Shown here piece after piece: positions 35,960 through 44,841 of a DNA stretch of 64,000 nucleotides (within the stretch, counting starts at the first letter, position 1; every line of letters begins with the position of its first letter). Source of the DNA: Acidimicrobiia bacterium (GTDB lineage: Bacteria > Actinomycetota > Acidimicrobiia > Acidimicrobiales > Bin134). The notes below the pieces were generated by a model. That model was given only the letters and a program-made list of their open reading frames with translations. It ran no database searches and had not been told where the DNA came from. Position numbers and translations under genes: made by a program. Location of the stretch: positions 30,521 to 94,520 of the forward strand of contig JAJDYE010000023.1 in assembly GCA_022822905.1 (NCBI GenBank), given 5' to 3'.

Positions 35960-36133
35960 TCCCAGAAGTGTAGCACTAGGTGCATCACCACAGGCCTTCT
36001 TGCAATTATCGGGGCGCGTCGATGCAACTCGCCGGGCCCTCCCAAGACAGCATGTGCTGGTCCAAGGTGAACAAGGGGCACTCCTGGACCATGGTGGTGG
36101 CCAATATGAATCGGCCTGCGGTGTCCCTGGCGG

Positions 36134-36436
36134 TTAGGCCATGACGAGATCGGGCTCTTGCCTGTTCCAGCTGGAGAGAAGTTCCTGGACGATCTCCTCA
36201 TTGCCTAACCCCATGCTCTCTGTGTCGAAATCGAACCCCTCGGGCAGGTCGATGATGTCTCGGCAATAGCCGAAGAGCGAACCAGCGAACTCCTCGCGAG
36301 GAGAACGATGAGGCCGGACCTCGGCTACTGGCCGGCCATTCTTGGTTATGACGATCTCCTGCCCGTCGCACACCGCATCCAATAGTGGCCCGCAATTGGC
36401 CCGGAACTCGCTCACCGAAACGGTCGTAGAAGACAT
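36134..36436 (-). CDS. Phd/YefM-family antitoxin without an intact downstream toxin
   Basis: VSVSEFRANCGPLLDAVCDGQEIVITKNGRPVAEVRP. Start taken at MSSTTV (36436). The ORF-track start at 36496 lies inside a palindrome. Confidence 0.7.
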   Translation of the reverse strand: MSSTTVSVSEFRANCGPLLDAVCDGQEIVITKNGRPVAEVRPHRSPREEFAGSLFGYCRDIIDLPEGFDFDTESMGLGNEEIVQELLSSWNRQEPDLVMA

Positions 36437-36480
36437 GTGATCACTGGGAAGCGCCATTCTGCTCAGGCTATAGCGACAGA

Positions 36481-36514
36481 AACCGGTTTTGTACATCTAT
36501 GTACAAAACCGGTT
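36481..36514. promoter_or_regulatory. Perfect 34-bp palindrome (16-bp arms, 2-nt centre), candidate operator for divergent promoters
   Basis: AACCGGTTTTGTACAT-CT-ATGTACAAAACCGGTT lies between the antitoxin start (minus strand) and the ilvE start (plus strand). Confidence 0.7.
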
Positions 36515-36583
36515 GGCCCCACAAATCCCTCAGTCTCCTGAAACATTGGGCTATACCATCCTCCTGGCCGAAGGAGAGCCTGT

Positions 36584-37612
36584 ATGACCGCCAAGCCCGA
36601 TCCCCTCACTGTCCCGTTCGGGACCGTTTTCTGCGACTGGATGACGACGGCTCGGGCTGATGGCGGGCTGCTTGCCTATGGCGGCTCTGTTGAGCCGTTC
36701 GGGGATCTGAGCTTGAGCCCGGCAGCTCACGTTCTGCACTACGGGAGCTCCGTGTTCGAGGGATTGAAGGCGCATCGCCAGGTTGACGGGTCGGTAGCCA
36801 TCTTCCGGCTGGACAGCCATGTGGCTCGCATGGTTGCCAGCGCCGCCTGCCTGCGGCTGCCCGAGATCGATCCCAGGATGCTGCGGCAGATGACCATCGA
36901 CACGGTTGCGGCCAACGCCGACGAGGTCCCCGACCCGCCGGGCTCGCTCTATATCCGCCCCACGCTGGTGGGCACCGGGGCCGACATCGGCGCGGCGGCC
37001 CATCCCGCCCCCTCCGCGCTGTTGTTCGTGGTCAACTCCCCGGTGGGCGACTACTTCAAGGGAGGCATACGGCCCCTCACACTTCAAGTTGAGTCGTCCA
37101 CACCCCGTACCGTGCCCCAGTTCGGCATGGTGAAGTGCGCGGCCAACTATGCAATGGCCCTGGGTTCCACGCTGGACGCGATGGCCGCCAATGAGGCCGT
37201 CGACCAAGTGCTGTTCGCCAGCAACGGCGACATCACCGAAACCGGCGCCTCAAACTTCTTCCTGGCCGACGACGAGCGCATAGTCACCCGGCACCTCGAC
37301 GATTCGTTCCTGCACGGCGTGACCCGGGACTCGGTGATCCAGCTCGCCCGCCACCATGGCTACGACGTGGAGGAACGCGCCATCGACCCAGAGGAGCTCG
37401 TCGACTGGGCCGAGCAGGGCGAGGCCTTCCTGTCGGGCACCGCCGCCGGCGTCGCCCCCGTCGGCACCATCCTCTACTCGGGCAAGACCCTCACCATCGG
37501 CGACAGCCAACCCGGCCCCAACACCCTGCGCCTGCGCCAAGCCCTCACCGAAATCCAAACCGGCGCGGCCCCCGACCCATTTGGCTGGCGCACCCCGGTG
37601 GCAGGCACCTAG
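36584..37612 (+). CDS. ilvE: Branched-chain amino-acid aminotransferase (fold type IV PLP enzyme)
   Basis: HYGSSVFEGLKAHR, the ANYA region and LSGTAAGVAPV. RBS AAGGAGAG upstream. Confidence 0.85.
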   Translation: MTAKPDPLTVPFGTVFCDWMTTARADGGLLAYGGSVEPFGDLSLSPAAHVLHYGSSVFEGLKAHRQVDGSVAIFRLDSHVARMVASAACLRLPEIDPRMLRQMTIDTVAANADEVPDPPGSLYIRPTLVGTGADIGAAAHPAPSALLFVVNSPVGDYFKGGIRPLTLQVESSTPRTVPQFGMVKCAANYAMALGSTLDAMAANEAVDQVLFASNGDITETGASNFFLADDERIVTRHLDDSFLHGVTRDSVIQLARHHGYDVEERAIDPEELVDWAEQGEAFLSGTAAGVAPVGTILYSGKTLTIGDSQPGPNTLRLRQALTEIQTGAAPDPFGWRTPVAGT

Positions 37613-37706
37613 AAGGCAACCGCCATCGCGAATGCCGCACTCGGCTAGCCACTACAGTCATTGTCGCATCACGCCATAGAGAGATGGCCGACCAGGGATT
37701 GCTGCT

Positions 37707-39029
37707 ATGACCGCCGTGCCAACCGAATCGGAAGCCACAACCGGCTCCTTAGCCAAGCCGCCGCCTGCTACTGAGGCAGACCCGCACAACCCGCTCCACA
37801 ACGCCTTTTGGCGGCGGGATCGCCGGGTGGTGGACGAAGACCTGAAGCAGGTGTGCTCCCGGCCGCTCACGTTCTATCCCGGGTTCGAGTTCACCGGTGA
37901 CCTGGAGAGCGTGGATACGCCGGGGGCATGGTGCATCACCCGGCATTCGTCCATCTTGGAGGTGTCGCGCAACCCGCAGATCTACTCCTCGTCGTCGGGC
38001 GTCACCATCAACGACTTCCCGCCGGAGTTCAACGAGTACTTCAACTCGATCATCGCCATGGACGACCCCCGCCATGCCCGGTTGAGAAAGATCGTGTCTG
38101 CCGGCTTCACCCCTCGGATGCTGGCCCGGCTGGAAGACTCGGTGCAGGACCAGGCCCGGCTGATCGTGGACGAGGTGTGCGAGCGGGGCGAGTGCGATTT
38201 CGTCACCGACGTGGCCGCCCGGCTGCCGCTGCGCATCGTGTGCGACCTGATGGGGATTCCCGCCTCCGAGCACGACTTTGTGTTCGACCAGACCAACGTG
38301 ATCCTGGGGGCGGCCGACGACGAGTACGTCCCCGAGTTCGGCGACTTCATCACCGCCATCCTCATGGCCGGCGAGGCCCTGTCGAAACTGATGGACGAGG
38401 TGGCGGAATCGAAGGTTGGCGTGGATACCGGTGACCTGACCAGCGTGTTGGTCAACGCCGAGGTGGACGGCGAGCGCCTCACCCGGGCCGAACTGGCCAG
38501 CTTCTTCATCCTGCTCGTGGTGGCCGGCAACGAGACTACCCGCAACTCCATCAGCTGGGGCCTGGTGCATCTCACCGACAACCCCGACCAGCGCCGCATC
38601 TGGACCGAAGACTTCGAGGGCGTGGCCAACACCGCAGTTGAGGAGATCGTCCGCATCGCCAGCCCGGTCACCTACATGCGCCGCACCGTGCTGTGCGACA
38701 CCGAGCTGGAGGGCCAGAAGATCGACGAGGGCGACATGGTGGTCATGAACTACCTGTGCGCCAACCGGGACGAATCGGTGTTCGACGACCCGTTCGCCTT
38801 CAACGTGCTACGGGATCCAAACCCCCACATCGGCTTCGGCGGTCCCGGACCGCACTTCTGCCTCGGCGCGCACTTGGCCCGCCGGCAGATCAAGGTGATG
38901 TTCCGCGAGTTGTTCGACCGCATCGGCGACATCCGGGCAACCGGCGAGCCCGACCCACTGTCATCGGCCTTCATCCACGGCATCAAGCACCTGCCCGCCG
39001 AGTTCACCCCCGCTGGGCCAACTGGTTGA
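37707..39029 (+). CDS. Cytochrome P450
   Basis: Heme loop FGGPGPHFCLGAHLA and I-helix AGNETT. Confidence 0.85.
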   Translation: MTAVPTESEATTGSLAKPPPATEADPHNPLHNAFWRRDRRVVDEDLKQVCSRPLTFYPGFEFTGDLESVDTPGAWCITRHSSILEVSRNPQIYSSSSGVTINDFPPEFNEYFNSIIAMDDPRHARLRKIVSAGFTPRMLARLEDSVQDQARLIVDEVCERGECDFVTDVAARLPLRIVCDLMGIPASEHDFVFDQTNVILGAADDEYVPEFGDFITAILMAGEALSKLMDEVAESKVGVDTGDLTSVLVNAEVDGERLTRAELASFFILLVVAGNETTRNSISWGLVHLTDNPDQRRIWTEDFEGVANTAVEEIVRIASPVTYMRRTVLCDTELEGQKIDEGDMVVMNYLCANRDESVFDDPFAFNVLRDPNPHIGFGGPGPHFCLGAHLARRQIKVMFRELFDRIGDIRATGEPDPLSSAFIHGIKHLPAEFTPAGPTG

Positions 39030-39699
39030 GCGTCTCTCGGTCGAGGTGGCGGAACACGCCCTCGGCTAGGGCGGTGACCTGGCCGTCTTGGAGGGCGTGA
39101 CCCTTGACCTCGGTGATGGTGCCGTCGAATTTCTCCACCCACCCTTCGAACACGGTCTCCACGTCGAGCAACGTGGGGCGCCGATAGCGCACCGACAGCA
39201 TCATGGTGGGGCCGCTGGCGTTTCTGGTGGAGCAGGCGCTGGTGAACACCATGTCGAAGGCTGAGGCAATAGCCGCGCCGTGGACGCAGCCGGGCGGTCC
39301 CTCATACACGGTGGAGAACACCGCTCGGCCCCGGGTCTTGGGCGGATCGGACTCCATGTCGACCACCATCTCCACCGGCACCGCGGCGGGATTGCATATG
39401 CCGGTCACGTAGTCGAACGGCGCCCGCAGGTGGGTGATGGGCGGGCCCTCCATCTCATGGCCGTCGGGGCCGAAACGGGGCGGGGGCTCGGCGGGCACAT
39501 GGGCCTCGATGCGGTCGGCCAGGGCGTTGGCCTCGTCGGCCAGCGCAGCGGTATCGGCGGGCGATGCGGTATTGGTTACGGTGGCGGCCACCAGCCGTCG
39601 CACCGCGTCGGCCAGCGCACGCAGCTCCCGCTCCCGGCCGGCCACCGCCGGGTGATCGACGGCCTGGAACGGGCCGCCTGGCTGATTGATATGGGCCAC
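39004..39699 (-). CDS. PaaI/hotdog-fold thioesterase
   Basis: The C-terminal 130 aa carry GPPGCVHGAAIASAFD. GTG start at 39699 chosen to avoid the divergent MaoC gene. Confidence 0.65.
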   Translation of the reverse strand: MAHINQPGGPFQAVDHPAVAGRERELRALADAVRRLVAATVTNTASPADTAALADEANALADRIEAHVPAEPPPRFGPDGHEMEGPPITHLRAPFDYVTGICNPAAVPVEMVVDMESDPPKTRGRAVFSTVYEGPPGCVHGAAIASAFDMVFTSACSTRNASGPTMMLSVRYRRPTLLDVETVFEGWVEKFDGTITEVKGHALQDGQVTALAEGVFRHLDRETLNQLAQRG

Positions 39700-39775
39700 G
39701 ACGGCAACGGTATGTTTTGGGCAGCATCTGAGCGCAACCAGGCGCCGAAGAACCCCTATCCCACGAGGAGCCCCC

Positions 39776-40639
39776 ATGCCCATCGACCCAACCGCTGTCG
39801 GCGCCGAGAGCGACCCGAGCACCTCGAGCTGGAAGTCGAAAGACGCCCTTTTGTATGCCCTGGGCGTGGGCGCGGGAATGAGCGATCCCACCGGGTTCGA
39901 GCTGGAGTTCACCACTGAGAACACCAAGGACGTGGAGCAGAAGGCCCTGCCCACCATGTGCGTGGTGTTGGGCGGCGGTGTGGGCGGCGCCAACAGCCCG
40001 CTGGCCAAGATCGGCACCTACAACCCGGCGCTGCTGGTTCACGGCGAGCAGGGGTTCACCCTGCACAAGCCGCTGCCGGTGGCGGCCACAGTGAGTTCGG
40101 TGAGCCGCGTGGCCGGAATCTATGACAAGGGCAAGGCCGCCCTGGTGGTGCTGGAGAGCGACGTCACCGACACCGCCGACGGCCAGCCGTTGTTCACCAA
40201 CGTCACCTCGCTGTTCATCCGGGGCGAGGGCGGCTGGGACGGCGACCGGGGCCCGGCCAGCCCGCCCAAGGTCCCTGAGCGCGACGCCGACCACGTGGTG
40301 ACCTACCAGACCCGCACCGACCAGGCCCTGCTGTACCGACTCAACGGCGACCGCAACCCGCTGCACTCCGACCCGTCGTTCGCTGCTGCGGGCGGGTTCG
40401 ACACGCCGATCCTGCACGGCCTGTGTACCTACGGCTTCACCGGGCGGGCGCTGCTCCATTCTCTGTGCGACAGCGATCCGGCTCGCTTCAAGAGCATGCA
40501 CGGGCGGTTTTCCTCGCCGGTGCTGCCGGGAGAGACCCTCGACGTTCACATTTGGGACGAGGGCGGCGGGTCGGCCCGGTTCCAAACCCGAGTGGGCGAC
40601 CGAGTGGTGCTCGACGCCGGAACCGTTACCTTCGACTAG
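39776..40639 (+). CDS. MaoC-family (R)-specific enoyl-CoA hydratase, double hotdog
   Basis: LYRLNGDRNPLHSDPSFAAAGGFDTPILHG hydratase motif. RBS AGGAG sits 5 nt upstream of ATG 39776. Confidence 0.85.
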   Translation: MPIDPTAVGAESDPSTSSWKSKDALLYALGVGAGMSDPTGFELEFTTENTKDVEQKALPTMCVVLGGGVGGANSPLAKIGTYNPALLVHGEQGFTLHKPLPVAATVSSVSRVAGIYDKGKAALVVLESDVTDTADGQPLFTNVTSLFIRGEGGWDGDRGPASPPKVPERDADHVVTYQTRTDQALLYRLNGDRNPLHSDPSFAAAGGFDTPILHGLCTYGFTGRALLHSLCDSDPARFKSMHGRFSSPVLPGETLDVHIWDEGGGSARFQTRVGDRVVLDAGTVTFD

Positions 40640-40682
40640 CCGCCGGGCCTGGCCCAGCCCGAGCCGGGCAACCGTGCCTCGG

Positions 40683-41519
40683 CTACTCCCCGAAGGCGAC
40701 GTCGATGCGCTGATCTACCAGCGCGGTGATGGGCAGTTCGACGCCTAGCTCCTCGGCCAGCGCGAGCGCACCCCCCAAGTCTTTGTGGGCGATTCGGGTG
40801 AAGCTACCCCCCAAAGCCGGGGGCGGATAGGTTGGCGGCCGGTTGAACACGCCTACGTGTGCGCCGATGTTGCGGTCGGAGTAGGTCACGATCTCGGCGA
40901 ACGCGCCCAGGTCTACATCGGCGGCCGCGGCTAGGGCGATGGCCTCGTAGGCCACGGCAAACTCCACATAGGTGATGAGATTGCGGGCCACCTTGGCCTT
41001 CTGCGCCGCGCCCAGAGGGCCGACGTTGAGCACCATCCCGCCGTAGCGTTCGAAGTGAGGGCGGCCCCGCTCGGTGTGGGCTGCGTCGCCTCCACAGAAC
41101 ACCACCAGATCCCGGTTCTGGGCCGAAGGGGTGCCCCCGGTAACCGGGGCATCGATCAGCGCCACCCCGGCGTCGGCGGCCTCTGCGGCTAACTCGATCA
41201 CCGTGGCGGGCAGCACCGTGGAGTGGATGGCCACAAGCGCGCCAGACTCGGCGGCTCCGGCGATGGCCCCGTCGTCGCCCTGACACACTTGGCGCACCTG
41301 GGCGTCGTCGATCACCACCACCGCCACGAGGTCTACTTGTCGGGCCAGCTCCCCCACCGATGCGGCCGGTGTGCCACCCAGCTCGGTGAACCGCTCCATG
41401 GCCGCCTCGGAGACGTCGTAGCCCACCACGGTGACCTCGTCGTCCCACTGGCCGGTGAGCACGCCCTCGGCGATGGCGCCGCCCATGTCGCCCAGTCCGA
41501 TGATTCCTAGTCGAGTCAT
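40683..41519 (-). CDS. NAD(P)-dependent oxidoreductase of the 3-hydroxyisobutyrate / 6-phosphogluconate dehydrogenase family
   Basis: MTRLGIIGLGDMGGAIA Rossmann start. The ORF-track upstream extension lacks coding-like sequence. Confidence 0.75.
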   Translation of the reverse strand: MTRLGIIGLGDMGGAIAEGVLTGQWDDEVTVVGYDVSEAAMERFTELGGTPAASVGELARQVDLVAVVVIDDAQVRQVCQGDDGAIAGAAESGALVAIHSTVLPATVIELAAEAADAGVALIDAPVTGGTPSAQNRDLVVFCGGDAAHTERGRPHFERYGGMVLNVGPLGAAQKAKVARNLITYVEFAVAYEAIALAAAADVDLGAFAEIVTYSDRNIGAHVGVFNRPPTYPPPALGGSFTRIAHKDLGGALALAEELGVELPITALVDQRIDVAFGE

Positions 41520-41547
41520 GGATTCAGTCTCTTTCGATTCGGGGTTC

Positions 41548-42687
41548 TCAGCGAAGCGGTCGGAAGAAGGCCCGCACCTCTTCCACCAGCTTGTTTGGGT
41601 TCTCCAGGGCAGGAAAGTGGCCGCCGTCGTCCACCTCAGTCCACCGGGTGATGTTGTAGTAGGGCTCGGCCAGCTCGCGGGGCGGGCGGTTCTTCTCGTT
41701 GAACACCGCCACCCCGGTTGGAACCGAAATCCTCGGCGGCTGGTTGAAGGCCGAGCCGGCTCCGAAGCTCTCGTAGTACATGCGCATAGACGGGCCGATG
41801 GTGGCGGTGGCCCAGTAGATGGTGAGCAGGGTGCATAGCTCGTCAAGCGTGTAGCGCCGGGCCAGGTCCCGCCCGCCGGGACCGTCGATGTCGCTCCATC
41901 GCCACCACTTCTCGATTATCCAGGCGGCCAGGCCGGCGGGCGAGTCGGTGAGCCCCACCGCCGCAGTCTGCGGCTTGGTGCGCTGAAGGTGTACGTATCC
42001 CCACTCCTGGTCGCGGTACTGCTTCACACCCTCCCACCACTGGCGCTGCTCTTCAGTGAGCGCGGCCTCGTCGATGGGCGGGGCCACCATATTGAGGTGG
42101 ATGCCCACCATGCGGTCGGGGTGCATGGCGCCGAGCGCGGCGCTCACCGCCGAGCCCCAGTCGCCGCCTTGGGCACCGAATCGCTCATAACCAAGAGCGG
42201 TCATCAGCTCGGCCCACATATCGGCCACTCGGGCCGACGACACCCCCGGCTGCGAAGGCGGCGAGGAGAACCCGTAGCCGGGCAGCGACGGGGCCACCAC
42301 GTGGAAGGCGTCGGCCGGGTCCCCACCATGGGCCGCCGGATCGCTGAGCGGTCCGACCACCTTGTGCATCTCCCAGAAACAACTCGGCCAGCCGTGGGTG
42401 ATCACCAGCGGCAGAGGCTTGGGGCCCCGGCCCTCGGCATGGACGAAGTGGACGTGCAGGCCGTCGATTCCTTGCGTGAACTGGGGCAGCTCGTTGAGCG
42501 CGGCCTCATGGGCCCGCCAGTCGTAGTCGTGGCGCCAGTAGCGGCACAGCTCGGCGATGTAGGCGGTGTCGGATCCGTAGTCCCACCCCACCCCCTCCAG
42601 AGCCTGGGGCCAGCGGGTGGCATCCAGGCGCCGATGGAGGTCGTCGATCACCTCATCGGGCACGGCAATCCGGAACGGCTCAGCCAC
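41548..42687 (-). CDS. Epoxide hydrolase (microsomal EH-like alpha/beta hydrolase)
   Basis: EHN N-terminal domain (FRIAVPDEVIDDLHRRLDATRWP) and HGWP oxyanion motif (ITHGWPSCFWEM). Confidence 0.85.
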   Translation of the reverse strand: MAEPFRIAVPDEVIDDLHRRLDATRWPQALEGVGWDYGSDTAYIAELCRYWRHDYDWRAHEAALNELPQFTQGIDGLHVHFVHAEGRGPKPLPLVITHGWPSCFWEMHKVVGPLSDPAAHGGDPADAFHVVAPSLPGYGFSSPPSQPGVSSARVADMWAELMTALGYERFGAQGGDWGSAVSAALGAMHPDRMVGIHLNMVAPPIDEAALTEEQRQWWEGVKQYRDQEWGYVHLQRTKPQTAAVGLTDSPAGLAAWIIEKWWRWSDIDGPGGRDLARRYTLDELCTLLTIYWATATIGPSMRMYYESFGAGSAFNQPPRISVPTGVAVFNEKNRPPRELAEPYYNITRWTEVDDGGHFPALENPNKLVEEVRAFFRPLR

Positions 42688-42708
42688 GGCGTCAGGTTAT
42701 GCCAGCGC

Positions 42709-44292
42709 TCAGCGGTCGCCGATGGCGTAGAAGCCGCCGACGCGGTCGGCCACGTAGATGACTCCGTCCCACACCGCGGGGGTGGCCTCAATACAACCCC
42801 CCAGCGATATGCGCCATATCTCGGGGGGCTCGACCGCGGGGTCGGAAACGTCGAAGGCGTAGATGTTGCCAGCGCAGTCGCTTTGCATGAGCACGTCGTC
42901 GATCACCACCGGCGACGACCACACTGGGCCGCCCATCCGCTTGGACCACACGATCTCGCCGGTCTCGCGGCTCAGCCCGTACAAGAAACCCGCGTTGGTG
43001 GGCACATACACCATCTTGTCGGTCAGCGCCGGGGTGGCCCACACCCCGTCGATGTCGGCGTTGCGAAGGTCGGTGCCCCAAACGAGCGGCTCTTCGGCTG
43101 CGGGGTCGAGCTTGAGCATCTGGCCCAGCTCCTGGCTGCGGGTATTGCCCCGCTCGTACTCAACCCCCACATAGAGGAAGCCCTCGGCATCGGCCACCAC
43201 GGTGGCGTCCACGTCGTCGCCCGCCCAGTAGCGGAATACCCGCTCAGGGTCCTGTCCGTCGGCCACCCCTGAGATGTCCCAGCCCTGCACCAGGCCCCCG
43301 GAGTTGGCGAAATAGAGGGTGTTGCCCACCACGGTCATGCCGGTCTCGATGGAAATGTTGCCGTCGGTTACCACGCTGAGCAGTTCGTCGTCCCAGCCGG
43401 CGTTGGAGAACACCACTTCGGGGTCGATGGCCACCAGACCGTCGGGGCCGAAACTGCGGTTCAGCTTGGCGATGAAGAAGTGGCTGTTCTCCCCGCCTTG
43501 GAACAGGTGGTCGTTTAGCACCAGGCCCGCGCCGTCCCAATCGTCGTTCCACAGCACAGGCGGGAAGTCCTCGGCGTGTACCGACCAGAGCTCGACGGGC
43601 TCTTCCCGGTCGAAAGCGATGATCCGCAGATAGTTGTCCCGCGATCCGAAGTACACCAGGGGGTAGCCGTCGGGATCGACGGTCACCGACCCTTTGACCA
43701 GGTCGCCCACCACGAACTCGGGCATGATCTGCTCGCCGGTGGCGGCGTCGAGGAAGTGGACACCCGGGGTGTATGTGCCCGCAATCACCCAGGTGCGCTC
43801 GTCCCACTCGATCACCGCAGGCTGGCCGGTCCACCCCGCGCCGCACCACAAGGTGGTGCCCGCCTCCCAGGTGGTGAGCGAGCACAGGTCTCGCTCGGGG
43901 GTGCCGGTGAACCGCCACAGCACCTCCGGCGACTGCGGGGCCGGACCAGTGCCATAGAAGGTGCGGGTGGGATTGCCCCGGAAGGTGAGCAGTCCGGGCA
44001 TTCCGCTGACAGGCTTCCCGGCAGTGGCCGGGTCTACCCATCCCGGATACGGAGTGGGAGTGGGCTCGGGGGTGGGAGTCGGGTCCGGGACTTGGATGGG
44101 AGCGGGGGTTGAGATGGGCGCCGGGGCCGTCGTCGGCACCGATGTCGGCGTATCGGCCGGTGCCACAGGTATCGGGGCTGGAGACGTAGTCAGCTCAGGG
44201 TCGTCGACGTTGAAGTACTGCACCACGGCGACCACCGCCACGATCCCCACAGTGGCGGCAATCGCCGCGACCACGACCCACGATCTCCACAT
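42709..44292 (-). CDS. Membrane-anchored PQQ-like beta-propeller repeat protein
   Basis: N-terminal TM segment (WVVVAAIAATVGIVAVVAVV), a Pro/Thr-rich linker, then repeated W/G-rich propeller blades. ATG at 44292. Confidence 0.7.
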   Translation of the reverse strand: MWRSWVVVAAIAATVGIVAVVAVVQYFNVDDPELTTSPAPIPVAPADTPTSVPTTAPAPISTPAPIQVPDPTPTPEPTPTPYPGWVDPATAGKPVSGMPGLLTFRGNPTRTFYGTGPAPQSPEVLWRFTGTPERDLCSLTTWEAGTTLWCGAGWTGQPAVIEWDERTWVIAGTYTPGVHFLDAATGEQIMPEFVVGDLVKGSVTVDPDGYPLVYFGSRDNYLRIIAFDREEPVELWSVHAEDFPPVLWNDDWDGAGLVLNDHLFQGGENSHFFIAKLNRSFGPDGLVAIDPEVVFSNAGWDDELLSVVTDGNISIETGMTVVGNTLYFANSGGLVQGWDISGVADGQDPERVFRYWAGDDVDATVVADAEGFLYVGVEYERGNTRSQELGQMLKLDPAAEEPLVWGTDLRNADIDGVWATPALTDKMVYVPTNAGFLYGLSRETGEIVWSKRMGGPVWSSPVVIDDVLMQSDCAGNIYAFDVSDPAVEPPEIWRISLGGCIEATPAVWDGVIYVADRVGGFYAIGDR

Positions 44293-44316
44293 GCGCACTT
44301 GCACTACCGTAGAGCC

Positions 44317-44841
44317 ATGGCGATCGAATATTTGGACCCAAAGGCAGAACCGGCCGAGCCGGTGACTCTCTATGACCTGTCGGCGGGCAGTGGAACACTC
44401 ACCGTGGGGCTGTTGGCCAACGGATTCCCCGACTCGGTCCCATTCCTGGATGCCGTGGGCGAGAGCCTGCGCCGGGTTCGCCCCGACGTGGAGGTTCGGG
44501 CCTGGAACAAGGGCAACGCCTCCATGGTGGCCGACGACCAGCTCATGGGCGAGATCACCGACGACTGCGACGCGGTGGTGGCCGCCTACGGACATTGAGG
44601 AAGCTGCACTAGCGGCACCGTGCGTGACGCCATCAAAGCCGCCCGTCGGAATACTCCGGCGGTGGCGCTGGTGACCACCAAGTTCTCACCGCAGGGCGAC
44701 TTCGTGGCTCGTTCCGCGGGCATGCCCGATATTCCCCGGGTGATCCTCCCCCACCCGGTGGCCGGAACCGGGGAAAAGGCCATGCAGATGGTGGCCGACG
44801 ACATCGCCGACGAGGTGCTTCAGGCGCTAGGGGCCGGATGA
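44317..44841 (+). CDS. Putative selenoprotein with a GH-U-GSC motif (UGSC-type); in-frame TGA at 44596-44598 read as selenocysteine
   Basis: ORFs 44299-44598 and 44620-44841 share one frame and are separated only by TGA. Translation runs ...DAVVAAYGH-U-GSCTSGTVRDAIKAARRNTPAVALVTT...PHPVAG. The terminal TGA overlaps the next ATG. Confidence 0.65.

Noticed and set aside
35960-36010. A short imperfect inverted repeat (GCAC-TAG-GTGC) upstream of vapB, considered as an operator.
   Set aside because: The arms are only 4 bp, which cannot be distinguished from chance.
44620-44841. A stand-alone 73-aa ORF (MRDAIKAARR...).
   Set aside because: Its listed start is a GTG within a continuous coding frame, only 7 codons after an in-frame TGA. 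It is better explained as the C-terminal part of a read-through (Sec) protein.
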